DNA of 64,000 nt. Origin: Gammaproteobacteria bacterium. Its GTDB lineage: Bacteria; Pseudomonadota; Gammaproteobacteria; CAJXQU01. Made by a program: the position numbers and the translations under genes. Below, one piece after another: positions 1-10,881 of the stretch (the stretch's first letter is position 1; each line of letters starts with the position of its first letter). The notes under the pieces were generated by a model. The model was not told the DNA's origin. It saw only the letters and a program-made list of their open reading frames with translations, and made no database searches. Where the stretch lies: NCBI GenBank assembly GCA_965238175.1, contig CBDEGZ010000003.1, positions 1,664,001 through 1,728,000 on the forward strand, written 5' to 3'.

Positions 1-1
1 G

Positions 2-625
2 CATTGGGATGAAGCCTGGTTTATGCTTGGATTGCTGGCTTTAACCGGATTTCATGGCATTTCAATGATGCCATTTTTTGAAACTTGGCTGGGGCAAATT
101 GCGCGTTTGATCAATGATTCAGGACAATTGTTATGGAGCTTCACGATTATCATGACAATTAGCATGGTGATCCCGGTTGTAATCTATTTGTTTGTGATCC
201 GACTTACTCGACAGATCACGAGTTTTAAAGTCGACGATAAAAAGCTCTTCTCCGGATTTGCTTTTGCGACGTTGCCTCTAGCCTTTGCTTATCACCTGGC
301 TCACAATCTTAATCACTTGCTGCGTGAAAATGGTGATCTTTCCGCACTCATCAGTAACCCATTGGGAGTCAACGCAATGCCTTTAAGTATGATGGAAAAG
401 CATATGCGTCATACGGACATGTTGGTGCCTCAGATCTTATTAAACGGTTTGCAGACAGGTCTACTGGTGTTTGGCTTTTGGATTAGTTTGCAAGTAATTC
501 GACATAGAGGTAATCACCTCATTAGTGCTACTGGCTGGAAATTATTGCCCATGATTACTTTTGCGATCGGTATAACCATCTTTCATTTCTGGTTATTGAT
601 GCAACCAATGATCATGCGGATGTGA
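2..625 (+). CDS. Polytopic membrane protein, C-terminal part of a probable 4Fe-4S-binding (polyferredoxin-type) membrane protein; 5'-truncated by the window edge
   Basis: Frame is open from position 2 (HWDEAWF-M...); several TM segments; YHLAHNL motif; stop overlaps the ferredoxin gene. Confidence 0.55.
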   Translation, partial: HWDEAWFMLGLLALTGFHGISMMPFFETWLGQIARLINDSGQLLWSFTIIMTISMVIPVVIYLFVIRLTRQITSFKVDDKKLFSGFAFATLPLAFAYHLAHNLNHLLRENGDLSALISNPLGVNAMPLSMMEKHMRHTDMLVPQILLNGLQTGLLVFGFWISLQVIRHRGNHLISATGWKLLPMITFAIGITIFHFWLLMQPMIMRM

Positions 626-1266
626 TCATGGAAAGGCGTGATTTTTTTTTAAAAGGTATCCAAAAAATAACACATACTGTTGTTGAGGCGGCTGAAGACC
701 GTGTAGAAAAGCGCGCAACTCATTGGATACGTCCACCCTATGCAGTTGATGAACTTGATTTTCTGATCACATGCACGCGTTGTGATGACTGTATAAAAGC
801 CTGTCCTTATGATGTGATTTTCCCCTTGGCGGCAAGGCTAGGTCCGTCAGTTGCAGCGACACCAGCATTGGATGTATTAAACAAGGGTTGTCACCTCTGT
901 GAAGATTGGCCTTGCGTTAATGCCTGCCAGCCTGAGGCTCTTAAGATTCCAAAAATTATTACTGCAAGCTTGACCTCTGATCATGGAAAACAACCTGAAG
1001 AAATAGAGGTGCCAGCACCCAAAATGGCGATGGCCAGAATTGACATGCAGACATGTTTGCCCTATCAGGGTCCAGAATGTGGTGCCTGTGCGGCCAGTTG
1101 CCCTGTTTCTGGTGCGCTCAGTTTCAACATGACAAAACCAGAAATTGACCCTGATTTATGTACCGGATGCGGGCTATGTCGAGAAGTTTGTATCACCAGT
1201 CCTAAAGCGATTGAGATTGTTTCTTTGCAGAAGCCAGAGTGTGCGGAAAGTAAAGGAGCAGACTAA
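622..1266 (+). CDS. NapF/NapG/MauM-type 4Fe-4S ferredoxin
   Basis: N-terminal RRDFF; IRPP motif; Cys clusters CTRCDDCIKACP, CHLCEDWPCVNAC, CGACAASCP, CTGCGLCREVC. Confidence 0.85.
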   Translation: MIMERRDFFLKGIQKITHTVVEAAEDRVEKRATHWIRPPYAVDELDFLITCTRCDDCIKACPYDVIFPLAARLGPSVAATPALDVLNKGCHLCEDWPCVNACQPEALKIPKIITASLTSDHGKQPEEIEVPAPKMAMARIDMQTCLPYQGPECGACAASCPVSGALSFNMTKPEIDPDLCTGCGLCREVCITSPKAIEIVSLQKPECAESKGAD

Positions 1267-1469
1267 AAGGCTCTCTCGTTCGTTCCATTAAAAGTACATT
1301 CATTCCACCGTATTTAGTGTATCTGTATTTTTCGGATAAAAATTATTTCTTATAGCCGAGCCATCCTTTTTATAAGATAATTAGAACTATCCTCTGGCGA
1401 GCAAGTCTATAATGGGCCGCAAAAACTATTTGCCGATAATTACTTATTTTGATCCACTAAGATTCTATA

Positions 1470-2150
1470 ATGAAAAAAATCGTCCTTATTATATTAATAG
1501 CAATGTCTGTCATTCTATTTTTTGTTTTTGATTTAGGACAATACTTCAATCTTGAATACCTGAAGTCGCAAAGACAGGCAATCGAAGATTTTAATCAAGC
1601 CCAACCTCTTTTGACTATGCTGATTTATTTTATTGTCTACATTTTTATGGCAGCACTTTCACTACCCGGTGCTGCTATTTTGACGTTGGCAGGTGGCGCT
1701 GTTTTTGGATTATTGAAAGGAACCCTGCTAGTGTCCTTTGCATCGACAATAGGAGCAACGCTGGCATTTTTGATCTCACGAACTTTGTTACGTGATTTCA
1801 CCCAAAACAGATTTGGCGATTTTTTAACTTCATTCAATGAAGGGATAAACAAGGATGGTGCTTTTTATCTTTTCAGTTTACGTCTCGTTCCTTTATTTCC
1901 TTTTTTTGTCGTAAATTTGGTTATGGGATTAACACCTTTAAAAACATCAACCTTTTATTGGGTTAGTCAAATTGGAATGCTTGTTGGAACGATTGTTTAT
2001 GTAAATGCCGGTACTCAGTTAGCTCAAATCGAATCATTATCAGGCATTCTTACACCAGAATTAATAGGATCATTTGTGTTGCTAGGTGTCTTTCCATTAT
2101 TAGCCAAAAAGACAATAGAATTTTATAAAAGGAATTACTATGGATCCTGA
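1470..2150 (+). CDS. TVP38/TMEM64 (DedA/VTT-domain) membrane protein
   Basis: ALSLPGAAILTLAGGAVFG and LRLVPLFPFFVVN motifs. Confidence 0.9.
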   Translation: MKKIVLIILIAMSVILFFVFDLGQYFNLEYLKSQRQAIEDFNQAQPLLTMLIYFIVYIFMAALSLPGAAILTLAGGAVFGLLKGTLLVSFASTIGATLAFLISRTLLRDFTQNRFGDFLTSFNEGINKDGAFYLFSLRLVPLFPFFVVNLVMGLTPLKTSTFYWVSQIGMLVGTIVYVNAGTQLAQIESLSGILTPELIGSFVLLGVFPLLAKKTIEFYKRNYYGS

Positions 2151-3606
2151 AAGAAAATATCCAAAACCGAAAAGATTTGATCGCGATATTGTAATTATCG
2201 GTGCTGGTGCCGGAGGGTTAGTCAGCGCTTTAATTGGGACTACCGTAAATGCAAAAGTAAGTTTGATCGAAAAAAACAAGATGGGCGGCGATTGTTTGAA
2301 TACAGGTTGTGTACCCTCTAAGGCGCTTATTCGTTCGGCCAAATGGTTACAACAAACAAAACGAGCTAATGAGTTTGGTTTTGAGTCTGCCGACATCAAA
2401 TTTAATTTTGTCGATGTAATGAAACGCGTTCATAGGATCATCAAAACGATCGAGCCTGCAGATTCTGTTGAGAGATTCACCAATTTAGGGGTTGATTGCA
2501 TAAAGGGTGAGGCAAAAATCACATCACCCTATAGTGTCAAAGTTAATGGTAATACGTTGACAACACGAAATATTATAATTGCTGCAGGCGCAAGACCTTT
2601 TGTACCACCTATAGAAGGTATTGAAGAGGTAGACTTTCTTACTTCAGATACACTTTGGGAACTAAAAGAATTACCCCATCGGCTTGTTGTTTTAGGGGGT
2701 GGGCCTATAGGTTGTGAACTAACTCAATCATTTGCTCGTTTGGGTAGTAAAGTCACGCAAGTAGAAATGATGCCGAGAATAATGGGGCGTGAAGATCCTG
2801 AAGTATCTGACTTTATTACGAATCGTTTTCAGAATGAAGGTGTTGATGTTCTGGTTGATCACAAAGCCAGAAATATTGTGATCGAAAACGGAAATAAAAT
2901 AATTATTTGTGCACATAAGGGAAATGAAATTAGAGTAGAGTTTGATCAATTACTTGTGGCCGTAGGTCGAGAAGCTAGAGTTGAAAATTATGGATTAGAC
3001 GATCTTGAAATAAAACTTACTAGCAAAAACACCATAGAAGTAAATGATTTTCTGCAAACGAACTATTCGAATATTTATGCGGTAGGTGATGTTGCAGGGC
3101 CATATCAATTTACGCATACGGCTTCACACATGGCCTGGTATGCAGCAGTGAATGCCTTATTTGGTCGCTTTAAAAAGTTTCGTGTTGATTACTCGGTTAT
3201 TCCCTGGGCAACATATACGGATCCAGAAGTTGCTCGTGTAGGCTTGAATGAGCAGGAAGCAACCGAAAAGGGAATTAAATACGAAATAACAAAATATGAT
3301 ATAGAACATTTAGATCGAGCTATTACTGATGAAGAAGCTAATGGGTTTGTAAAGGTTTTAACCGTACCGGGTAAAGACAAAATACTTGGCGTTACAATCA
3401 TGGGTGAACATGCCGGTGATTTGATTGCAGAATATGTAATGGCAATGAAGCATAAGCTTGGTTTAAATAAGATCCTTGGAACTATTCATATCTATCCGAC
3501 ATTGGCTGAAGCAAATAAGTATGCTGCTGGCGAATGGAAAAAATCTCATGCACCAGAATTTGTTTTGAAAATGCTAAAACATTTTTTTAATTGGAGGCGA
3601 GGTTAA
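2140..3606 (+). CDS. Pyridine nucleotide-disulfide oxidoreductase (lipoamide dehydrogenase/mercuric reductase-like)
   Basis: GAGAGG FAD motif, GGDCLNTGCVPSK redox disulfide, GGGPIG NAD motif, HIYPTLAE. Confidence 0.9.
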   Translation: MDPERKYPKPKRFDRDIVIIGAGAGGLVSALIGTTVNAKVSLIEKNKMGGDCLNTGCVPSKALIRSAKWLQQTKRANEFGFESADIKFNFVDVMKRVHRIIKTIEPADSVERFTNLGVDCIKGEAKITSPYSVKVNGNTLTTRNIIIAAGARPFVPPIEGIEEVDFLTSDTLWELKELPHRLVVLGGGPIGCELTQSFARLGSKVTQVEMMPRIMGREDPEVSDFITNRFQNEGVDVLVDHKARNIVIENGNKIIICAHKGNEIRVEFDQLLVAVGREARVENYGLDDLEIKLTSKNTIEVNDFLQTNYSNIYAVGDVAGPYQFTHTASHMAWYAAVNALFGRFKKFRVDYSVIPWATYTDPEVARVGLNEQEATEKGIKYEITKYDIEHLDRAITDEEANGFVKVLTVPGKDKILGVTIMGEHAGDLIAEYVMAMKHKLGLNKILGTIHIYPTLAEANKYAAGEWKKSHAPEFVLKMLKHFFNWRRG

Positions 3607-3682
3607 ATATCTCTGTTGATACTAATCAAATTATGTACGTTTGCAAGGCCTAATAAAGCTCTAATTTAAAGAAACCTTCCAT

Positions 3683-5455
3683 TTGGCCGCCATTATTGAG
3701 TATAGATCTCAATTTATAGGAAAGATGGTGCGCATAATACGTTTGTTGATAATGTTGTTTTGTATGCAGACTATGATCAGTCAGGCTGCAGACTCATCTG
3801 AGCCTAATAAATCTGCTCCTAAGATTGATGTGCGTGTGATCATCGATATTTCTGGGAGTATGAAAAAAAATGATCCGAAAAATTTACGTGTCCCTGCCTT
3901 AAAACTATTAGTTGGCTTGTTGCCAGAAGGTGTTAACACGGGTGTCTGGACTTTTGGTACAAAAGTAAAGCCGCTAGTAAAACATGGAATTGTCGATAAA
4001 AAATGGAAAGCAAGAGCCAACAAGGCAGTCAGAAAGATTAGCTCAAGAGATCTGTATACTAATGTTGAAAGTGCTTTAAAAATTGTTGCACAGGATTGGG
4101 ATGAAGATGATACTGAGACAAAAAGAAATATCATTTTATTAACTGATGGTATGGTTGATGTATCTAAAAAACAAGAAATTAGTGATCAATCCAGGCAACG
4201 AATCATAGACGAAGTATTACCAATATTACAAAACAAAAATGTAACAATAAATACAATTTCCTTATCTGAAAATGCCGATCTTGAATTAATGGATGCTTTG
4301 GCTATTGGAACTGATGGATGGTCAGAACAAGTCAATGAGGCAGAACAATTACAACGTGTGTTCTTACACATGTTTGAAAAATCCGCACCGCGAGATACAG
4401 TGCCATTAGAGGATAATAAATTTACGATTGATAAAATGATCGAAGAATTTACGCTACTTGTATTTAGGAATAATGATGTAAAACAGACAACAATTACTCC
4501 ACCAAAAGGTGAGAAGTTTGATCGTAAATCAAGGCCGAAAAATATCGCATGGCTTGAGGAGAGTGGCTACGATCTGATCACCATAACTAAACCGACAGCA
4601 GGCATTTGGGAAATTGATGCGGATATTGATCCAGACAACCGGGTTATGGTTGTTACAAAATTAAAATTGTACACTTCAGATATACCCAATACTATTTTTC
4701 TTGGAGAAGAATATGATTATAAATTTTGGGTAACATCTGACGAAGAGAAAATTAAAAAAGATGCTTTTTATGAATTGATTGAAATGAAAATGACACAAGC
4801 TTCAGGTGGGAGCATTGAAGAAGTTTGGGATATTGAAAAACGCAATAATGATAATGAATTTATAAATCGAGTAGGTAAAACATTCAGCGTTGGAAAAATG
4901 GAATTGAGCGTTATTATTGATGGTAAAACGTTTAAGCGTCAACATAAACAGACAATCAATGTTTATGAACAAATTTATGATCTGGAGGATGAATCAAAAC
5001 AACGTCCTAATGGTGACAATCTATATCAGCTTCGAATAATTCCAAAACAAAAAATCTTAAATCTTAGCACCTTTAAAGCGACCGCCAATATAACTGAACC
5101 TGATGGAACTAATAATCAAGTCGAGGCAAAAATGGTGTTAAGGGGAAATGCATGGTTAGTTACTATAAATGATCCTCAGCCCGGTCAATATACAGTTGTC
5201 TTAGATGTTGAAACAAAAACGAAAAGTGATCGAAGGGTGACTGTAACTTCAGATCCAATAAACTTTGGTGAGCCTATTGTAGAAGAAGTTAATGATGAAG
5301 AGGAGCCAAAAGAAATCATTGAAGAAACGGTTGAAGAAACCGATTGGATAAAAATTGGAATAATTCTAATAGTTTTTAATCTTATCTTATTTAGTTTGAT
5401 TGCAGGAGTTTTTATTTTTTTGAAAAAAAGGAAAGGTTGTGGAATCAGAGGATGA
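3683..5455 (+). CDS. Membrane-anchored vWA-domain protein (start may be ATG 3725 or later)
   Basis: Signal peptide, MIDAS DISGSM, LLTDG, C-terminal TM followed by KKRK. Confidence 0.8.
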   Translation: MAAIIEYRSQFIGKMVRIIRLLIMLFCMQTMISQAADSSEPNKSAPKIDVRVIIDISGSMKKNDPKNLRVPALKLLVGLLPEGVNTGVWTFGTKVKPLVKHGIVDKKWKARANKAVRKISSRDLYTNVESALKIVAQDWDEDDTETKRNIILLTDGMVDVSKKQEISDQSRQRIIDEVLPILQNKNVTINTISLSENADLELMDALAIGTDGWSEQVNEAEQLQRVFLHMFEKSAPRDTVPLEDNKFTIDKMIEEFTLLVFRNNDVKQTTITPPKGEKFDRKSRPKNIAWLEESGYDLITITKPTAGIWEIDADIDPDNRVMVVTKLKLYTSDIPNTIFLGEEYDYKFWVTSDEEKIKKDAFYELIEMKMTQASGGSIEEVWDIEKRNNDNEFINRVGKTFSVGKMELSVIIDGKTFKRQHKQTINVYEQIYDLEDESKQRPNGDNLYQLRIIPKQKILNLSTFKATANITEPDGTNNQVEAKMVLRGNAWLVTINDPQPGQYTVVLDVETKTKSDRRVTVTSDPINFGEPIVEEVNDEEEPKEIIEETVEETDWIKIGIILIVFNLILFSLIAGVFIFLKKRKGCGIRG

Positions 5456-5458
5456 ATT

Positions 5459-6796
5459 ATGAATGGTTCCACATTACAAACCTTGTTAATTGTCGCCGGG
5501 GCAGAGTTTTGTTTTGCACTGTTATTTCTATGCATTTTTATGATCTGGCGTAAAGTGAAAGCTAAAAAAGAAGATTTAAAAGCTGCAAAAAGTTTGATTG
5601 AAAATGTAAAACAAATAGAACCAGGTCGTAGAGACTCATTGCTTAAGGTGTTTGGTGAATGTTATGAAATGGATGAAGAGGAGCTAAATACTGCAGTTGA
5701 TGAGTTTCTTAATCGCGAACGTGCATTTTATAAAACGATGATTTCCGTTTATGTAGATCGAGATACGGAAGAATTCTCAAAGTTATCTGGGGCATTGATT
5801 GAGATGGTAAAACCATACTCGGATCTTGCTCTTTCAGTCGAACTTTCTACGGATCCTGAAGAGTTGGAAGCTCTACAAGCACAGAACAAAGAACTTGGTA
5901 AAGAACTGGATGAATCTAAAAAAGTGATGGATGAATTGCTTTCAGAATACAATGCTAGCTTTGATAAAGAGGGTGAAGGAAAATCGCCTGAAGCAGTTCA
6001 GGAAAATAAAACAAATAGTGATTCTGGTGAGGAAGAGGGAGAAGAACTATCAGTCAGTGAAAATGTAGAAGCTCCCCAAAAAGGGGATGAAATAGAAGTA
6101 GAAATAGAAATAGAAATAGAAGAACCTTCTGCGACAAAAGATGAAATAGAAATAGATGAAATTTCTGAGATAGAGGATGAAATAGAAATAGATGAAATTT
6201 CTGAAATAGAAGATAAAATAGAAATAGACGAAATTTCTGAGATAGAGGATGAAATAGAAATAGACGAAGTTTCTGAGATAGAGGATGAAATAGAAATAGA
6301 CGAAGTTTCTGAGATAGAGGATGAAATAGAAATAGACGAAATTTCTGAGATAGAGGATGAAATAGAAATAGACGAAATTTCTGAGATAGAAGATGAAATA
6401 GAAATAGACGAAGTTTCTGAGATAGAGGATGAAATAGAAATAGACGAAGTTTCTGAGATAGAGGATGAAATAGAAATAGACGAAGTTTCTGAGATAGAAG
6501 ATGAAAATAATATAACTGAAGATATTGTTTCAGAAATAATAGCTGACGATGACGTAAATATAGAAGAAGATAATTCTAACAATGATATAGAAGCAGAACT
6601 TGCGGATGCTGGACAAATCGATCTTACTGCAGATATTAAAATAGAAGAAACCGAAATCGAGTCTGCCGCTGATGAAATTGATATTCCGACAGATATTAGT
6701 ATTGAAGAAGAAATTCAGGTTGAAACAAAAAATAATAATGAAATAGAAATAGCTTTAGATGAAATAGACATTGAGCTAGAGTCAGAAATTGTTTGA
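5459..6796 (+). CDS. N-terminally anchored coiled-coil protein with a long acidic repeat tail
   Basis: N-terminal TM, coiled coil, 10 x DEIEIDE[I/V]SEIE. Confidence 0.75.
   Translation: MNGSTLQTLLIVAGAEFCFALLFLCIFMIWRKVKAKKEDLKAAKSLIENVKQIEPGRRDSLLKVFGECYEMDEEELNTAVDEFLNRERAFYKTMISVYVDRDTEEFSKLSGALIEMVKPYSDLALSVELSTDPEELEALQAQNKELGKELDESKKVMDELLSEYNASFDKEGEGKSPEAVQENKTNSDSGEEEGEELSVSENVEAPQKGDEIEVEIEIEIEEPSATKDEIEIDEISEIEDEIEIDEISEIEDKIEIDEISEIEDEIEIDEVSEIEDEIEIDEVSEIEDEIEIDEISEIEDEIEIDEISEIEDEIEIDEVSEIEDEIEIDEVSEIEDEIEIDEVSEIEDENNITEDIVSEIIADDDVNIEEDNSNNDIEAELADAGQIDLTADIKIEETEIESAADEIDIPTDISIEEEIQVETKNNNEIEIALDEIDIELESEIV
6140..6499 (+). repeat. Coding tandem repeat, 10 x 36 bp (GATGAAATAGAAATAGAYGAARTTTCTGAGATAGAR)
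   Basis: Head-to-tail units with no spacers, in frame in ORF 5459..6796. Confidence 0.95.
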
Positions 6797-6958
6797 TATT
6801 TAATTTAATAAGTCGTAGTAGTACATAGCTTGATGGTCTTTTTAAAGAGGATATTGATTAGTAGAACAAACCATCTGATGTGATCGATCAAACCATGTGA
6901 TACCTATAGCTAATGAACAGGTAACTGAACTGCAAGATCAAGTTTTAATTTCTACATA

Positions 6959-6991
6959 TAAACCCCAGCTATTTGTTATAACTGGGGTTTT
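6959..6991. terminator. Hairpin terminator downstream of the tRNA pair (probably bidirectional)
   Basis: AAACCCCAG...CTGGGGTTT stem between convergent units. Confidence 0.7.
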
Positions 6992-6995
6992 GGTA

Positions 6996-7071
6996 TGGCG
7001 TCCCCAAGGGGATTCGAACCCCTGTTGCCGCCGTGAAAGGGCAGTGTCCTAGGCCTCTAGACGATGGGGAC
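6996..7071 (-). tRNA. tRNA-Glu(TTC)
   Basis: Reverse complement GTCCCCATCGTCTAGAGGCCTAGGACACTGCCCTTTCACGGCGG...GTTCGAATCCCCTTGGGGACGCCA. Confidence 0.97.
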
Positions 7072-7107
7072 AGTAAACTGTCATTAATCAGATCATAAAA
7101 ATGATTC

Positions 7108-7183
<76 letters not shown>

Positions 7184-7190
7184 TGATTGA

Positions 7191-7226
7191 GGCGGCAAAT
7201 TTACGCTAGTGAACCTTTTTCGTCAA
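7191..7226 (-). promoter_or_regulatory. Sigma70 stable-RNA promoter of the tRNA-Ala/Glu pair
   Basis: TTGACG-17 nt-TAAATT followed by GC-rich discriminator TGCCGCC on the minus strand. Confidence 0.75.
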
Positions 7227-7324
7227 GGGATTTCTGGACTTTTTTGGCCGCTTTGCAAAGACAACAGTCAGCACGATTAACTTAGTCGAAATATTACTTC
7301 ATTTCTGTTCAAGGTTAGCTGAAT

Positions 7325-9013
7325 TTAGCTTTTATTTTCAATTTTTGCCCAAGTATCGCGCAGGGTGACAGTACGGTTGAAAACAGGTTTTTCTGAGCTG
7401 AAAAGTTGTTCATCCGCACAGAAGTAACCTTCTCTCTCAAATTGATAAACGGCACCTGGCTTAACTTCGGCCAAACTTGGTTCTACCATAGCATGTGTGA
7501 TTGTTCGTAGTGAATCAAGGTTTAGATGAGCCATAAAGTCATCCATTTCTTTATCAGTATCAGGCTGAGGATGATCGAATAGTCTATCGTAAAGTCTAAC
7601 TTTGGCTTGAAGCCCATATTCAGCAGAAACCCAATGAATAACCCCTTTAACCTTGCGACCTTCCGGTGCAGTACCTAAAGTGGCTTGATCATAAGTACAG
7701 TGTAATTCGATAATTTCGTTTTGATCATTTTTGATCACATCATTGCAGCGGATCACATAAGCATTTCTAAGTCGGACTTCTTTGTCTTTGACTAAGCGTT
7801 TAAATTTGTTATTTGCTTGTTCACGAAAATCTTCTTTATCGATATAAATCTCACGACTAAAGGGCACAACGCGACTTCCCATACTTTCATTTTGGGGATG
7901 ATTAGCGGCGATCAAATCTTCTGTTTGTCCTTGCGGATAATTGGTGATCACAATCTTAAGTGGGTTTAAAACAGCCATTGCTCTTGGCGCATTTTCATTT
8001 AACTCTTCGCGAATACAAGCCTCTAAGGTCTCCATTTCAATTGAGTTATCCGCTTTGGTTACACCAATTCGATGACAAAATTCGCGTATCGCACTGGCTG
8101 GATAGCCACGTCGTCGCATTCCGGAAATTGTCGACATCCGTGGATCATCCCAACCCTCGACAGCACCATCTGCAACGAGTTTGGTTAACTTGCGTTTACT
8201 GGTGATCGCATATTGAAGATTCAATCGTGAAAACTCGATCTGTTGTGGATGATTGTCAGTTTTCAAGGTATCAAGAAACCAGTTATAAAGTGGTCGGTGA
8301 TCTTCAAATTCCAAGGTGCAAATAGAATGCGTTATTCCTTCGATCGCATCAGATAGACAATGTGTGTAGTCGTACATTGGATAAATACACCACTCAGTTC
8401 CCGTTTGATGGTGAACAACGCCATGACGAATTCGATAGATGGCCGGATCACGCAGATTAATATTTGGTGAAGCCATATCGATTTTTGCGCGTAGTAGTTT
8501 TGCTCCATCAGGGAATTCACCAGCGCGCATACGCGTAAAAAGATCAACATTCTCTTCAACCGTACGATCACGATAAGGACTGTTTTTGCCTGGATCGGTC
8601 AGCGTTCCGCGGTATTCACGCATTTCTTCAGCCGTTAGATCACAAACATAGGCATCACCTTGTTTAATCAGTTGTACGGCATAATCGTAGAGTTGTTCAA
8701 AATAATTCGAGGCAAAAAACTGACGATCATCCCAGTCGAAACCTAGCCATTGAACATCTTTTTTGATCGCATCAACAAATTCTTCATCTTCTTTGCTTGG
8801 GTTTGTATCATCAAAACGTAAATTACAAAGCCCCTTATAATCCAGGGCTAAGCCAAAGTTCAGACAAATTGATTTCGCATGTCCAATGTGTAGGTATCCA
8901 TTTGGTTCAGGCGGAAAACGTGTATGCACATGCCCGCCATTTTTATTAACCGTCAGATCGCTATCAATAATATTACGGATAAAGTTACTCGTTTTTGTGA
9001 CTTCTTCACTCAT
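7325..9013 (-). CDS. glnS: Glutaminyl-tRNA synthetase
   Basis: [23 protein letters not shown]; TSKRKL; VIHWVSA. Confidence 0.97.
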   Translation of the reverse strand: MSEEVTKTSNFIRNIIDSDLTVNKNGGHVHTRFPPEPNGYLHIGHAKSICLNFGLALDYKGLCNLRFDDTNPSKEDEEFVDAIKKDVQWLGFDWDDRQFFASNYFEQLYDYAVQLIKQGDAYVCDLTAEEMREYRGTLTDPGKNSPYRDRTVEENVDLFTRMRAGEFPDGAKLLRAKIDMASPNINLRDPAIYRIRHGVVHHQTGTEWCIYPMYDYTHCLSDAIEGITHSICTLEFEDHRPLYNWFLDTLKTDNHPQQIEFSRLNLQYAITSKRKLTKLVADGAVEGWDDPRMSTISGMRRRGYPASAIREFCHRIGVTKADNSIEMETLEACIREELNENAPRAMAVLNPLKIVITNYPQGQTEDLIAANHPQNESMGSRVVPFSREIYIDKEDFREQANNKFKRLVKDKEVRLRNAYVIRCNDVIKNDQNEIIELHCTYDQATLGTAPEGRKVKGVIHWVSAEYGLQAKVRLYDRLFDHPQPDTDKEMDDFMAHLNLDSLRTITHAMVEPSLAEVKPGAVYQFEREGYFCADEQLFSSEKPVFNRTVTLRDTWAKIENKS

Positions 9014-9043
9014 ATTTTATTTGACCCATATTTAACTCAATCA

Positions 9044-10477
9044 TTAAGTGCTAGCGATACGTTCTTCAATATAACCTAAAGCAAGTTTTATGCGATCAAG
9101 ACTTGCAGTTTTTCCAACAATTTGTAAAGTGATATCAATGCTGGGTGAAGAGGAACGGCCAACAACTGCGACGCGTAATGGTTGACCGACTTTACCCATA
9201 TTTACCTCTAGTGCTTCTGCAACTTCAATAATACATTGATGCAAAGATTCTTTTGTCCAGTCTTGCAATGATTCCAATTTTTCATAAACCTTCTCTAAAG
9301 GTTCTTTTGCGACAGGTCGTAACGTTTTTTTCGCCGCCTTCTCATCAAATCCTTCGGCGATCCAATTTCCGGCAACCATTCTGTTGGCTTCTTCATGCAT
9401 TTCTTTAAGCGTCATTATGCGTTCTTGCAGTGCTTCTGCAAGTACCATTTGGATATCAACACCGTCAGTATTTTCTTTAATGGATGACAGGTTCATCGCT
9501 AGTTGATACTGATCAAATCGTTCCACTAATTCATCAACAGATAATTTTTGAATATACTGTTGATTAATCCACAAGAGTTTATCGGTATCAAAACTGGCCG
9601 CAGATTTATTCACATCTTTTACGTCAAATAACGCGATCATTTCTTCGATACTAAATATTTCTTGATCGCCATGTGACCAGCTGAGTCGTACCAGATAATT
9701 CAATAAAGCTTCCGGCAAAAAACCATTATCACGATATTGCATAACACTCACGGCACCGTGACGTTTAGATAAACGTGAGCCGTCATCACCGAGGATCATC
9801 GGCAAATGTGCAAAAATAGGTTGTTCAAGATCTAAGGCTTTCATCATATTGATCTGACGTGGCGTATTATTTAGATGATCATCACCCCGGATCACATGCG
9901 AAATACCCATTTCGGTATCATCAACAACAACCGTCAAATTGTATGTTGGTGATCCATCGGTTCGGCGAATGATCAGATCGTCCAGTTCACTATTATTAAA
10001 CACGACTCTGCCACGTACCATGTCATCGACATCTACTGAACCTTCATCGGGATTAAGAAAACGCACTACATGCGGCTTGTCAGGATCAATTTCTTTTCCA
10101 TAGCAATGTCGGTCATAACGAGGTTTAAGTTTGTTCGCCATTTGTTCTTCACGTAAGGCATCTAGACGTTCGCGTGAACAGTCACATCGATAGGCATGGC
10201 CTTTAGTAAATAATTCATCGATTACTTCGTTATAACGATCAAATCGTTGTGTTTGATAAAACGGCCCTTCGTCGTGTTCAAGCCCTAACCAGGACATACC
10301 TTCTAGAATGGCATCTACAGATTCTTGAGTAGAACGTTCGAGATCAGTATCCTCAATACGAAGGACGAATTTGCCGTTGCTTTTACGTGCATAAAGCCAG
10401 GAAAAAAGTGCGGTACGTGCACCACCAACGTGAAGATAACCAGTAGGACTGGGAGCAAAACGAGTTTTAATTGTCAT
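9044..10477 (-). CDS. gltX: Glutamyl-tRNA synthetase
   Basis: [15 protein letters not shown]; RLSKRHGA. Confidence 0.97.
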   Translation of the reverse strand: MTIKTRFAPSPTGYLHVGGARTALFSWLYARKSNGKFVLRIEDTDLERSTQESVDAILEGMSWLGLEHDEGPFYQTQRFDRYNEVIDELFTKGHAYRCDCSRERLDALREEQMANKLKPRYDRHCYGKEIDPDKPHVVRFLNPDEGSVDVDDMVRGRVVFNNSELDDLIIRRTDGSPTYNLTVVVDDTEMGISHVIRGDDHLNNTPRQINMMKALDLEQPIFAHLPMILGDDGSRLSKRHGAVSVMQYRDNGFLPEALLNYLVRLSWSHGDQEIFSIEEMIALFDVKDVNKSAASFDTDKLLWINQQYIQKLSVDELVERFDQYQLAMNLSSIKENTDGVDIQMVLAEALQERIMTLKEMHEEANRMVAGNWIAEGFDEKAAKKTLRPVAKEPLEKVYEKLESLQDWTKESLHQCIIEVAEALEVNMGKVGQPLRVAVVGRSSSPSIDITLQIVGKTASLDRIKLALGYIEERIAST

Positions 10478-10683
10478 GTTTTTAGTAACTTGTAAGGTTT
10501 TATTGAGCGGTATTGTACATCTTTATTGATGTTCGAGAGAGGATTAAAAGGATCTAAAAAGGTGGTTGAACATTTTTCCTTTTAACGTTTGTAGCGATGG
10601 TTAAAAGCTCGGGATAGTCCTTTGAATCTATTTAGAAGAAATGTTATCAATGATAGTCTGAGTTGGTTTAATATAAACTAAAG

Positions 10684-10881
10684 TTGGTGCCCGAACAGGG
10701 TGCGAAACCGAACTGTGAAAGCACTCTTTTAACAGCATGGAACAAGTGTAACAAAAAACTAATTTCAGAGCCTGAAACATTTTTCTCTAACCAAGATTAT
10801 GAGAAACTATTCTCAACCTTGGCTGATTGGAATGACTACCTGGAAAATCACACGCCATACTTCAAGGAGCCTCAGCCATGA
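10684..10881 (+). other. Open frame starting in the att core; probable detached 3' end of the serine recombinase gene
   Basis: (T)TG GTG CCC is in the same codon phase as ATG GTG CCC in the recombinase; its TGA overlaps the mobC ATG. Confidence 0.7.
10685..10692. repeat. Left att core TGGTGCCC
   Basis: Identical to the last 8 nt of tRNA-Leu (41003-41010); sits exactly at the core/mobile gene boundary. Confidence 0.8.

Noticed and set aside
2140-3606. Mercuric reductase MerA
   Set aside because: No C-terminal Cys-Cys pair, no metal-binding N-domain and no mer operon.
6140-6499. 36-bp repeats as a CRISPR array
   Set aside because: Units are contiguous with no unique spacers, lie in frame in a CDS, and no cas genes are present.
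5998-6582. Ser/Ile-rich 194-aa minus-strand ORF
   Set aside because: Antisense shadow of the acidic repeat.
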